From an uncultured Spirochaetota bacterium (GTDB taxonomy: Bacteria; Spirochaetota; Spirochaetia; SZUA-6; Fen-1364): 64,000 nucleotides of DNA. The stretch lies in the NCBI GenBank assembly GCA_963820525.1, contig CAWGAA010000001.1, forward strand, positions 1,309,299 through 1,373,298, given 5' to 3'. A model generated the notes under the pieces. The model did no database searches. It had not been told where the DNA came from and worked only from the letters and a program-made list of their open reading frames with translations. Below, piece by piece: positions 42,563-50,826 of this stretch. The position numbers were made by a program, and so were the translations under genes. Numbering within the stretch: position 1 is the first letter of the stretch; each line of letters begins with the position of its first letter.

Positions 42563-42987
42563 GAGAAGGGGAAGCGGGCTGGACCTTCATAGAGATCATG
42601 GCGGTCATCGCCATCATCCTCATCCTCATGAGCGCCGTGGGCTTCATGGCCTTCCGCTGGGTGGACAGGGCAAAGGTCGTGACCGCCAAAAGCCAGATCG
42701 AGACGCTGTCTCTTGCCCTCAACGCCTACGCTTTGGACTGCAAGCAGTTTCCGTCGCAGGAGCAGGGGCTCGACTCCCTGTTCACAAAGCCGCCCCTAGA
42801 GCCCGTTCCCGCGGGCTGGGCCGGTCCGTACGTTGAAAAGAAGGTGACCACGGACCCTTGGGGCCACCCCTACGAGTACACGGTGCCCGGCCCCAGCGGG
42901 CTGCCCTTCGGCATCCGCACCCTCGGGGCGGACAGCAAGGAAGGCGGGGAAGGAAACGACAAGGACATCTCTTCGTGGGAAAATTGA
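42439..42987 (+). CDS. gspG: Major pseudopilin, GspG-like. The mature part begins at ~42580 (G|WTFIEIMAVIAIILIL). The true start is uncertain; see findings.
   Basis: Strong similarity to GspG across the mature protein (hydrophobic N-terminal helix with Glu+5, ...KSQIETLSLALNAYALDCKQFPSQEQGLDSLF...DPWGHPYEY). The only canonical in-frame start with an RBS is ATG 42439 (AGGAGGTG 5 nt upstream). This gives a 47-aa leader that overlaps gspF. Confidence 0.6.
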   Translation: MDKPAHDAHRTGNHRSPWSSYHPLRGVFHHPHFLSLRKHPVGEGEAGWTFIEIMAVIAIILILMSAVGFMAFRWVDRAKVVTAKSQIETLSLALNAYALDCKQFPSQEQGLDSLFTKPPLEPVPAGWAGPYVEKKVTTDPWGHPYEYTVPGPSGLPFGIRTLGADSKEGGEGNDKDISSWEN

Positions 42988-43002
42988 GAGAAGAATGGGG
43001 CG

Positions 43003-43165
43003 CTAGCGGCGGCAGACGGCGCGCGGCGCCGCGCATGCTCGGGGGCGCCAGCGGACGGCGCGCGGCGCCGCGCATGCTCGGGGGCGGCGGACGGGTGGGT
43101 CGCGGCAAGCCGCCCGCGATGCCGAACGTGCCCGGGGGCGCCAGCGGACGGCGCGCCCGCGAGGG
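43003..43165 (+). repeat. 39-bp GC-rich tandem repeat (2 copies plus 1 partial) encoding the repeated leader segment GASGRRAAPRML of a minor pseudopilin
   Basis: Copies at ~43005-43044 and ~43046-43084 are nearly identical (…GCCAGCGGACGGCGCGCGGCGCCGCGCATGCTCGGGGG). A third degenerate copy lies at 43139-43165. In-frame ATGs at 43035, 43074 and 43119. Confidence 0.75.
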
Positions 43166-43349
43166 CGGCTACATCCTCCTCGATGTCCTGGTGGCGCTCT
43201 TCATAATCCTTGTCGGCTTCGCCGTTCTGGTGGGCAGCATCAGCCTGGCGGCGAGCATGACCGTGAAGCAGAACGCGCGCGTGCTGGCCCTCATCGCACA
43301 GAGGAACACGGATGCGAAAGAGCGGACGATCCTCTTCCAGCACAAGTAA
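43035..43349 (+). CDS. Minor pseudopilin (prepilin-type N-terminal domain G|YILLDVLVALFIILVGF); leader contains the tandem repeat
   Basis: The hydrophobic prepilin helix follows the ...REGG cleavage-site context. Alternative start at ATG 43119 gives a 17-aa leader MPNVPGGASGRRAREGG. Confidence 0.55.
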   Translation: MLGGASGRRAAPRMLGGGGRVGRGKPPAMPNVPGGASGRRAREGGYILLDVLVALFIILVGFAVLVGSISLAASMTVKQNARVLALIAQRNTDAKERTILFQHK

Positions 43350-43908
43350 ACACCAACAGGCGAAGCCGGCGACTTTGCCCGCCCCTTCGGGGCAGCCGCG
43401 AAAAGCAGCCACGGATGGTGAGTCCGGCTCCACGCTCCTGGAGGTCATGGTGGCCATCGGCATCATGTCCATCCTTGGGCTGGGGGCCTGGGGCGCCGTG
43501 TCCACCTCAATTCGGATGGCAGGTCGAATCAACGACAGGGTGCTGGAAAGCGTGCGCCTGCTCCAGCTTGACGACCGGCTTCGCGGGCTTGCCGGTCGCA
43601 TCCGCCCTCCCTATTGGGCATCGAAGCAATCCGTTGAGACTGAAGGGGGCACCCTGCGGGCGGCCTTCCTCGATGGAGACCCCGAAAAATCGATGAGCAT
43701 TTCCTTTGAGGACGGAGTCCTCTCCATCGATGACGGGGAATACTCAAGCCGATACTCGGATTTCAAGAGCGCCGAGTTTTCGCCCGCAGTAAACGACAGC
43801 AAAGTCACCTACGGCGTAACAGTGGATCTAAAAGCCAAGAGCGGAGACAAGATCTCCATAACTGCGCGCTTCGGCGGAACGCCGATAGGCAGCATGTCAG
43901 ATAAATGA
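43312..43908 (+). CDS. Minor pseudopilin (G|STLLEVMVAIGIMSIL, Glu+5) with a long predicted leader
   Basis: Canonical prepilin motif. ATG 43312 gives a 39-aa basic/Ser-rich leader. In-frame TTG 43375 would give an 18-aa leader. Confidence 0.6.
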   Translation: MRKSGRSSSSTSKHQQAKPATLPAPSGQPRKAATDGESGSTLLEVMVAIGIMSILGLGAWGAVSTSIRMAGRINDRVLESVRLLQLDDRLRGLAGRIRPPYWASKQSVETEGGTLRAAFLDGDPEKSMSISFEDGVLSIDDGEYSSRYSDFKSAEFSPAVNDSKVTYGVTVDLKAKSGDKISITARFGGTPIGSMSDK

Positions 43909-44921
43909 CGCGGCGCAAATCCCAGGGCGGTTCCACCTCGGTTACGGCGCTCATTCTCCTGGTCCTCCTGGCGGCGGTGGCCGGCGGGGGGATCATCGTC
44001 CTTCAATCCGCCCTGTCCTATGACGCAAAGAGCGTCCGCAATAACGAGCAGAAACTTCCCCTGCAAAAAGAAGCCCAGAGGGTGATAAAGGCGCTCTGTG
44101 ACGACACGACGCCGGAGGCGGATAGCCCGCTGGACCAAGTGTGGAGCGCAATCCGCATGCCGGAAACCGATGGCGTGACCATCAAGCTCCAGGACCTGTC
44201 CAGCAACCTCAACCCCAACTGGGTGCAGAAAAACATCCTGGCGAAAACCCATCTCGGAGACCTGCTGAAGCCCGGCATCACCCCGGACGTGCTCCAGCAG
44301 CGCAGGGAGGACAAGGGCTTCTCGGTGGACCTGGCCCTGGAGTACGGGGATCTGATAAAGGAAGATGCGATCCCCAAATACTTCACGGCGTACAGCTATG
44401 CGAACATCAACGTCACAGACGAGTTCGCCCTGCGGAAGCTCTATGCGATCAGGACCGGGGACGAGCCCGGCTCAGAGGTGTTCCACGGCCACGTGCAGGA
44501 GCTCCTGGCACAGAAGAAGATCCTCAAGCCAACCGAGCTTCGCCAGTTCCTCGGCATCGACTACGACACCCTGTACCCTATGATGAACGTTGAGCCCATC
44601 ATCAACGTCCACTTCATGGACCCCATGGTTCTGAACGAGCTCCTCTCCTATCCCGACTGGAAGGTGTCCCACCCGCGGGAAAAGGCCCAGATCGTCCTGG
44701 ACTCGCGGGACCGCTCGGAATTGACAGGGGAAGAGCTGCGGCGGATAATCGGAGTCGCGGAAGACAACAGGATTCTCCAGTACCTTGGCGTGATCACGTG
44801 GTTCTGGAAGATCACCGTCTCCCGAGAGACGGCGAGCCTGGAGCTCATCGTGGCCCGGCTTCCGTCCGAAGGCGAGAGCGCTCCGCGCTTTCTCATTACA
44901 GAAGAAAGGTTTTCGCCGTGA
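43905..44921 (+). CDS. GspK-like minor pseudopilin (N-terminal TM/pilin-like helix plus a large periplasmic domain)
   Basis: Size (~338 aa) and position after the pseudopilins. N-terminal hydrophobic helix GSTSVTALILLVLLAAVAGG. ATGA overlap with the upstream gene. Confidence 0.45.
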   Translation: MTRRKSQGGSTSVTALILLVLLAAVAGGGIIVLQSALSYDAKSVRNNEQKLPLQKEAQRVIKALCDDTTPEADSPLDQVWSAIRMPETDGVTIKLQDLSSNLNPNWVQKNILAKTHLGDLLKPGITPDVLQQRREDKGFSVDLALEYGDLIKEDAIPKYFTAYSYANINVTDEFALRKLYAIRTGDEPGSEVFHGHVQELLAQKKILKPTELRQFLGIDYDTLYPMMNVEPIINVHFMDPMVLNELLSYPDWKVSHPREKAQIVLDSRDRSELTGEELRRIIGVAEDNRILQYLGVITWFWKITVSRETASLELIVARLPSEGESAPRFLITEERFSP

Positions 44922-46075
44922 TCGTCCTGGGATATGCCAAGCAGAGCGGTGACGAGGTGCTCCTCCTGTCCATAGAGGACGGGCAGCCGCTTGCCGGCGC
45001 GCTCGCGCTCGATGGGTGCCTCATGTCCCGGCTCGACTTCGACGTTCAGATCCTGGAAATCCCCGTCGTTCCGGACAAGGAGGTGGAAGGCCTCATCCGC
45101 TACCGGCTTCGAAGCATCTATCCGGGAAACCCCAGCGAAACCGCCTTCGACTACCGGCTCCAGGCCAACGGCCATCAGAGCCGCGCCGTCGTCTTCATAT
45201 CCCAGAGATCGACTCTTGAGAAATACAAGAAGGCCGCCGAGCAGCGGCACCTTCTTCTCCCCTACTCCCTGACGGCGCCCCTGGCAAAAAGCGGCGCCGA
45301 CATGCGGGTCTGGTTCTGCCAGCGGGATTGGGCCGAGCTCAGCGTGTTTCGCGGTGGACTTGCCGTCTCCTCGCGCGTCCTCCAGAGAAACGAGGGAGAG
45401 CCGTTCGACATCGATGTAGCCGAAAGCGAACTGGACGCCGAGACAAAGGCTCTCCCCTGCCTGATCGTCGCCTCATCCGAGGAGATCCAGCGCCTCCAGG
45501 AGGAAATGGGAGACACCCAGGCGCGCGGCTTCACCTTGATCAGCTTCAAAAAGCTTCTTTCACAACAGAGAAAGGCCGAATGGCTCTTCAGCCCCCCGAA
45601 ACGGACGCCGTCATTTCTCAAGCCCGCAGTCAGGATGACTGCCCTGGCTGTCGCCGTGGCCGTCTTTGGGGTCCTTCTCTTCTTCAAGTACGTCGCATCC
45701 GTGGAGAGCCGCTACGAGGGGCTCAAGAAGCTCCACGCCTCCTTGGAAAAGGAGAGCGGGCGAACGCTCGCCATCCAGAAGGAAGTGGACGATCTGAGCT
45801 CCGAGCTTTCCAAGCTGCAGGCTGAAAAGCCGCAGGACCTCTACCTCTTCCTCTCCGAGCTTTCCTCGGTCCTGGGCGGCGAAGCCCAGATCCGAAGCAT
45901 GACCTTCCAGGGCGATGGTTTCCAGATAGAGGCCGTGGGGAGCAATCCCCTCAAGCTCATGGAGGGGTTCAGGAACCGTCCATCATTCGATAACGTGAAA
46001 CTCTCCCAGGTTGTGCCCGACGCGCGCACGGGCAAAGAGCGTTTCTCCTTCTCGGGGGCCTTCCATGCTCGCTAA
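44918..46075 (+). CDS. GspL/PilM-PilN-like assembly protein (cytoplasmic domain, single TM helix, periplasmic domain)
   Basis: GTG start overlaps the upstream stop (GTGA). Central TM helix AVRMTALAVAVAVFGVLLFF followed by a coiled-coil. Position in the operon. Confidence 0.5.
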   Translation: MIVLGYAKQSGDEVLLLSIEDGQPLAGALALDGCLMSRLDFDVQILEIPVVPDKEVEGLIRYRLRSIYPGNPSETAFDYRLQANGHQSRAVVFISQRSTLEKYKKAAEQRHLLLPYSLTAPLAKSGADMRVWFCQRDWAELSVFRGGLAVSSRVLQRNEGEPFDIDVAESELDAETKALPCLIVASSEEIQRLQEEMGDTQARGFTLISFKKLLSQQRKAEWLFSPPKRTPSFLKPAVRMTALAVAVAVFGVLLFFKYVASVESRYEGLKKLHASLEKESGRTLAIQKEVDDLSSELSKLQAEKPQDLYLFLSELSSVLGGEAQIRSMTFQGDGFQIEAVGSNPLKLMEGFRNRPSFDNVKLSQVVPDARTGKERFSFSGAFHAR

Positions 46076-46592
46076 AAGGGAGCGTCGGCTCCTCGTAGCC
46101 TTGGGAGTTGTGGTCGCGCTCTCGCTCCTCACCATTGCCTTGATCCTGGGCATGGAGCGTCTGGGAGCCGCACGAGTGAAAGCAGCCCAGTACGAGGCGC
46201 AGATCGCGAAGCTCTCGCGGTCCCTGCCCTCGGAATCCGATATCTCGGCGCTTCGGGAGAGCTTGAAGAAGGAGCTGGATGCCAGGAAGGCACGCTTCTA
46301 CTCTCCCGATCAGATGAACCCGTACTCGTTCGGGACGCTGATCAAGAAAGAGCTGACCTCCCACGGGATCACCGTTATCCGCTACCAGGTCATCGAGATC
46401 AGGGGCAAGAGCAGCCTGGAGTTCTCCGTGTCGGGAAACGTCAAATCACTGATCCTCTTCCTCCAGGACGTCTCACGGTCCGAGAAGTACTGGACCATCT
46501 CCTCTCTTACCCTCACTATGCGGGAAGGAACAGAAAAGGTGGATGCCGTATTCAGGATTGGCTATGAAGTCCTCGATAAAAAGAACAGCTGA
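46065..46592 (+). CDS. GspM/PilO-like protein (N-terminal TM anchor plus periplasmic domain)
   Basis: TM helix LLVALGVVVALSLLTIALIL followed by a coiled-coil and a C-terminal domain. Operon position. Confidence 0.45.
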   Translation: MLAKRERRLLVALGVVVALSLLTIALILGMERLGAARVKAAQYEAQIAKLSRSLPSESDISALRESLKKELDARKARFYSPDQMNPYSFGTLIKKELTSHGITVIRYQVIEIRGKSSLEFSVSGNVKSLILFLQDVSRSEKYWTISSLTLTMREGTEKVDAVFRIGYEVLDKKNS

Positions 46593-47037
46593 AGCGATCC
46601 TCGCGCTCGCGGCGATAGGAATACTCGCCGTGCTCTTGGTCCCCTGGCCGCAGGGCAAGCTAACTATCGCTCCCGGTGGCGAGCGCGCCCAGGTTCCGCA
46701 AGCGGCTGCCGGTGACGCGCGGCGAATTGAGAGCGCTCCTCCCGACGCGCTCCTGACTCTCTTTGTAAAAAAGACCCCCGTCCCGTCCGCTCCCCGGCCC
46801 GCGCGCGCCCCAGGCTCGGTCGAGAAGAAACCCGTTGACGCGCCATGGTTGAATTACCTCGGCTATTCCAGCGGCGCCGACGGAAAGCCCCTCCATTTCT
46901 TCAAGGACACGCGCACCGGCCGCCTGATCAAGCTTTCCAAGGGCGAGACATCCGGCGGGTGGGCTCTTGTCGAGATTGGCGAAAGCAGGTTTGTTCTCAA
47001 GAACAACGACGATCTTTATATCGTGACGAAGAGGTAG
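46564..47037 (+). CDS. Hypothetical periplasmic protein with N-terminal TM/signal anchor (GspC/PilP-like position)
   Basis: TM segment AILALAAIGILAVLLV. Pro/Ala-rich linker. C-terminal domain of ~70 aa. Confidence 0.4.
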   Translation: MKSSIKRTAEAILALAAIGILAVLLVPWPQGKLTIAPGGERAQVPQAAAGDARRIESAPPDALLTLFVKKTPVPSAPRPARAPGSVEKKPVDAPWLNYLGYSSGADGKPLHFFKDTRTGRLIKLSKGETSGGWALVEIGESRFVLKNNDDLYIVTKR

Positions 47038-47039
47038 AT

Positions 47040-47714
47040 ATGGGAAAAATTGCCGCTGCTTCCATGTTCTTCGCCCTGCTCCTGGCTTCCTGCGCATCCC
47101 AGGACAAGGTGGACATCATCAACTTCGACAGGTCACCCCTCTTCGGCATGGTCTATGACGACGACAACCAGCCCTGCTCCGGGGCAAAGCTGACCATCGA
47201 CGGCCAGCAGGGGCCGGTAACCGACATCCGCGGCAGGTTCATCCTCCCCGACCTGAGCCGCGGCGATCATACGCTCATTGTTCAAAAAGAAGGCTTCGAG
47301 GAGCTTTCCCTAAAGTTTCAGTTCCTGAGCAAGACCGACGTGCTGTACGTCAAGACAATCTCGTTCGGGCAGCTCCTCTCCAAGGCCGAGCGCTCCCTGG
47401 AGGAAAGGAAATGGGACAACGCTGATGAATTCCTGGCCAGGGCCGAGAAGCTGAACCCTGCGGACCCCGTGCTTCTGTATCTCAGGGCCGTGGAGATGTA
47501 CAAGACGGGCAAATACGACCAGGCGGTCCAGTACCTGAATACGATCATTGAAAAGGGCGTCAAAGACGCGAATGTATACCTGTTCCTGGCCGACATCTAC
47601 GAGAAGAACCTGAACAATCCGGAGAAGGCGATAGAGAACCTGCAGATATATCTTGAAAAGCGGACGGACCCGGATGTGCAGAAGAGGCTGGATGGGCTGA
47701 AGGGGAAGAAGTAG
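47040..47714 (+). CDS. TPR-repeat lipoprotein with carboxypeptidase-regulatory-like domain (possible secretin pilotin, PilF/PilW-like)
   Basis: Lipobox LLASC. CarbopepD_reg-like segment GRFILPDLSRGDHTLIVQKEGF. C-terminal TPR repeats. RBS GAAGAGG before ATG 47040. Confidence 0.6.
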   Translation: MGKIAAASMFFALLLASCASQDKVDIINFDRSPLFGMVYDDDNQPCSGAKLTIDGQQGPVTDIRGRFILPDLSRGDHTLIVQKEGFEELSLKFQFLSKTDVLYVKTISFGQLLSKAERSLEERKWDNADEFLARAEKLNPADPVLLYLRAVEMYKTGKYDQAVQYLNTIIEKGVKDANVYLFLADIYEKNLNNPEKAIENLQIYLEKRTDPDVQKRLDGLKGKK

Positions 47715-47993
47715 CCCCGACATTCAAAGCAGTGACAATTCTTCGATTGATTCTTCAAGTATTGAGCCGACGGGGGCGAAAGGCGATTTGATACTATAAT
47801 TATTTAGTCATAAGGGCATTGTCCAGTTTATTTCTTCGTTTAATATATTCTGAAAATCCATTCAATATGTCTTTCCTCAATATGTAGACAATAAGCATAG
47901 TAACTTCTATAATCATATCGTAGCAGTTGGTAGCATTGGTTTTAGATATAAGAGCTGAGACGAGGCAGAAGGTAAAAGTTGAACTATGAGATA

Positions 47994-48269
47994 ATGGCCC
48001 GCTTCGCGATCACTCTAAGAGAAAGCGCCGATACTATACTCGGATTGAGAACCGCGAATCGAGAAGAATCTTCGCCAAGAATACGGATCCTCAGAAGATT
48101 AAAAGGAATCGCCACTCGTCCGCCATACCAAAAGGAAATGCTCTTTATAAAAAGATGTTATGCTCAAAGTGACAGAAATGACTGGATAGCGCAGCCCAAA
48201 GTCGCTATTGATATGATCTCCTCGGTGCAGAGCAGGAAGCGACGAAGTACGTTTGTTGATAGAGGATGA
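47994..48269 (+). CDS. Small hypothetical protein in the AT-rich island leader (questionable)
   Basis: ORF of ~92 aa with island-like composition. No recognisable homology. Confidence 0.25.
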   Translation: MARFAITLRESADTILGLRTANREESSPRIRILRRLKGIATRPPYQKEMLFIKRCYAQSDRNDWIAQPKVAIDMISSVQSRKRRSTFVDRG

Positions 48270-49548
48270 TTTTGCTGTCGGTTCCGAATGTTTGGGCATG
48301 ATCTGTCTAAAGGAGGGGCCATTGGCGATTCGCAATACCAGAAGCAATCGAAGCCAAATCCCTCTGCATGAAAACAGCATACAGAATAGCTTGGCGTACA
48401 GACAACACCGCGGCCACGGCCAAAAGGGGCAGAAGACTTTCAGACTTACGCATTCACCCTTATTGCGACTCAATGCCATCTGTCCCTATTACACGATGTT
48501 CCCGCTAGAGTTTCCTCTTCTACAGCTTGCAATGGCGAAGAAAAATGAGTGGGTTCTGGATCCCTTTTGCGGTAGGGGTACTACCATTTTCGCGGCGCGG
48601 TTGCTTGGCCTTGGATGCGTCGGTATAGACAGTAATCCCCTTGCGGCCGCCATTGCTGCGGCAAAATTAGCAAAAACTAAAGCCGAAGCCGTTGTTGATT
48701 TGGCCTCCTCAATTATCGAGAAGACAAAGATGCCGGCTGAGATACCGGATGGGGATTTTTGGCGTCTTTGTTTTCACCCTAAGACATTACGCGAAATTTG
48801 CGTGCTTCGTGAACAATTATTGAGGAGATGCGTCACGCATGAAGAAATCGTATTGCGTACCCTCCTCTTGGGTATTCTCCATGGGCCGCTTCAAAAGGGG
48901 AAACCAACCTATTTGTCAAATCAGATGCCACGCACCTATGCGACAAAACCCGCGTCCGCCATCCGTTTCTGGAAAAGAAAAGGTCTGGTAGCCCCTGCTC
49001 ATGTCGATGTCATAGACGCGATATCCAGACGAGCGGCGCATTTGCTAGTCGTGCAACCTCCACTATCCAGGGGCTCTGTATACTTAGGGGATTCAAGAGA
49101 TGCCCTTCGGCTTCTTCTCCATGAGCGCAAGTTCGGATGGGTTATAACGTCACCGCCTTACTTCGGGATGCGCACTTATCGGCCCGATCAGTGGCTACGA
49201 AACTGGTTCATTGGAGGCAAAGATCATGTGGATTACGGCCAGGAAGGTCAGCTCGCACATCACGCCGAACGCTTCGCCGCCGAGCTGGCAAGCGTGTGGA
49301 AGGCGATAGCGCCGCATTGCATGGCGGGAGCTCGGCTAATCGTCCGTTTCGGTTACCTACCGAGTATTCCCATCAATGCACGGAATCTTCTCAGCTACTC
49401 GTTGAAGTTGGCGAACGTTGGATGGCGTGCATACCGGTGGCTGGATGCAGGATCAGCAAGCAACGGAAATAGACAATCCGAGCAGTTCGGTTTTAATACT
49501 GGCTCCGCTGCTAGGGAATTGGATGTACACGCGCGTCTGGAGGCATAA
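48253..49548 (+). CDS. DNA methyltransferase (amino-MTase; AdoMet motif I ...WVLDPFCGRGTT... precedes catalytic motif IV SPPY)
   Basis: Matches the FP..L...LI..G..VLDPFxGxGTT AdoMet-binding signature (residues ~83-110). SPPYFG motif at ~residue 300 (ITSPPYFGMRTY). Start is uncertain: ATG 48253, TTG 48322 with an AAGGAGGGG RBS, or ATG 48496. Confidence 0.75.
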   Translation: MLIEDDFAVGSECLGMICLKEGPLAIRNTRSNRSQIPLHENSIQNSLAYRQHRGHGQKGQKTFRLTHSPLLRLNAICPYYTMFPLEFPLLQLAMAKKNEWVLDPFCGRGTTIFAARLLGLGCVGIDSNPLAAAIAAAKLAKTKAEAVVDLASSIIEKTKMPAEIPDGDFWRLCFHPKTLREICVLREQLLRRCVTHEEIVLRTLLLGILHGPLQKGKPTYLSNQMPRTYATKPASAIRFWKRKGLVAPAHVDVIDAISRRAAHLLVVQPPLSRGSVYLGDSRDALRLLLHERKFGWVITSPPYFGMRTYRPDQWLRNWFIGGKDHVDYGQEGQLAHHAERFAAELASVWKAIAPHCMAGARLIVRFGYLPSIPINARNLLSYSLKLANVGWRAYRWLDAGSASNGNRQSEQFGFNTGSAARELDVHARLEA

Positions 49549-49550
49549 TT

Positions 49551-50714
49551 ATGTTCGACCCGGATGAGTTGCCTGAACTGAAGCAGACTATAAGAATTGC
49601 AACCATTAGGGACCGGCACCTATTGGATGATTTACGTAAAGAAGTTCGAGCTCTTGCATCGGATGTCCGAGCCATCAAACACAGATCGACGACATCTGTA
49701 TCTTTGGTCGCAAGCGACGGGGGAAACAACAAACTTGTATTTGATCCATTCCATGTACAACTCGTACGTGTTGTGGATTCATACGGTGAGCAACTCTGTC
49801 TTGATGCGGTAACCCCCACAACGGATACGGATTTTCTTAGCCATGCTCAATTCCTTAATGACGGATCCCCTCGCACCGCCCTGGGCCACATGATGGCAGA
49901 TTTCAAAGTAGACCCCCCTTTGCTCAGCCAGCTCAGCCACATGATTCCTGAGGGCCAAAAAACTCGTGATCATCCTGATGAAGTATCTCCTTCCTGGGTT
50001 CTGGTTTACCGCGACCTTTGCGAATGGGCAGCACTTTATGAAAGGATCTGCTACCGGAATTTCGCAACCGACACTCTACTCGTTCGAGACGGGCTTCTGA
50101 GGAGCAAGCTCTTTCGGGGCAACCACTTCATCACCTACCGTAAGCGTATTGAGGAGGCGATCGAGAGAATCCGCCAAGAGACGCGGCGAAAGGTATTCCT
50201 GGTTGGCGTCGCGAAGCATAGCAAGGTTCTGGAACGGTATAATTTGACGATTGCCTTGGAAGGAACGTTTCCACCAGGAGCACCACGATTCGTAAAGATA
50301 CCTCGCGCTATCGAATCCAAAGCCTACGTGTGGCCAGAGTACGCTCGCGGTGCTGAGTATGAATCTGAAGAAGGTGAAGCACCAAAGTTTGTCGCAGGTG
50401 ATATGTACTTTGTCAGATTTGGAGAGCGCAGCGGTGACCCTTTATGGACTGTAGATATCCTGAGCAGTCAGTCTTCTTCTTCGGCTGAGATTTTCGGTTA
50501 CCTACTGGCCGACGCTATGGATGGCTTCCCCGTACCTTTTTATCCCAGATGTCTGCAAAAGGCTCATGAGTTTGCTCAAATAGTCGATTTCGACCTGGAT
50601 ATTTTGCAGGACGAGGTAGTCGATGCGGTGCGCGGCTTATTGAGTGACGAGGAAATCCCCGCCCTAGAAGGCCTTCGCCTTCAAGGTGATGTTTCCGCAA
50701 GGAGGTATGGATGA
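49551..50714 (+). CDS. NurA-like nuclease candidate (387 aa), translationally coupled to the MTase
   Basis: GGAGG RBS lies 8 nt before the ATG, which is 2 nt after the MTase stop. N-terminal acidic motif LVASDGGNNKL resembles the NurA catalytic D-G-S region. Genomic pairing with a HerA-like ATPase. The assignment is tentative. Confidence 0.45.
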   Translation: MFDPDELPELKQTIRIATIRDRHLLDDLRKEVRALASDVRAIKHRSTTSVSLVASDGGNNKLVFDPFHVQLVRVVDSYGEQLCLDAVTPTTDTDFLSHAQFLNDGSPRTALGHMMADFKVDPPLLSQLSHMIPEGQKTRDHPDEVSPSWVLVYRDLCEWAALYERICYRNFATDTLLVRDGLLRSKLFRGNHFITYRKRIEEAIERIRQETRRKVFLVGVAKHSKVLERYNLTIALEGTFPPGAPRFVKIPRAIESKAYVWPEYARGAEYESEEGEAPKFVAGDMYFVRFGERSGDPLWTVDILSSQSSSSAEIFGYLLADAMDGFPVPFYPRCLQKAHEFAQIVDFDLDILQDEVVDAVRGLLSDEEIPALEGLRLQGDVSARRYG

Positions 50715-50826
50715 AGCTTTTTACTGAGAGACGACGGTAGGAATTTTCCGCGGATTTAGCGAGGGCGGGCTGGAGTTCCATGCGGACCTCGTACTGCCCT
50801 ATCGCAATGAGTTTCAACGGGCTCCA

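Noticed and set aside
43003-43165. Possible CRISPR array in the pseudopilin region
   Set aside because: The repeats are contiguous tandem copies without spacers, lie in-frame within a coding leader, and no cas genes are nearby.
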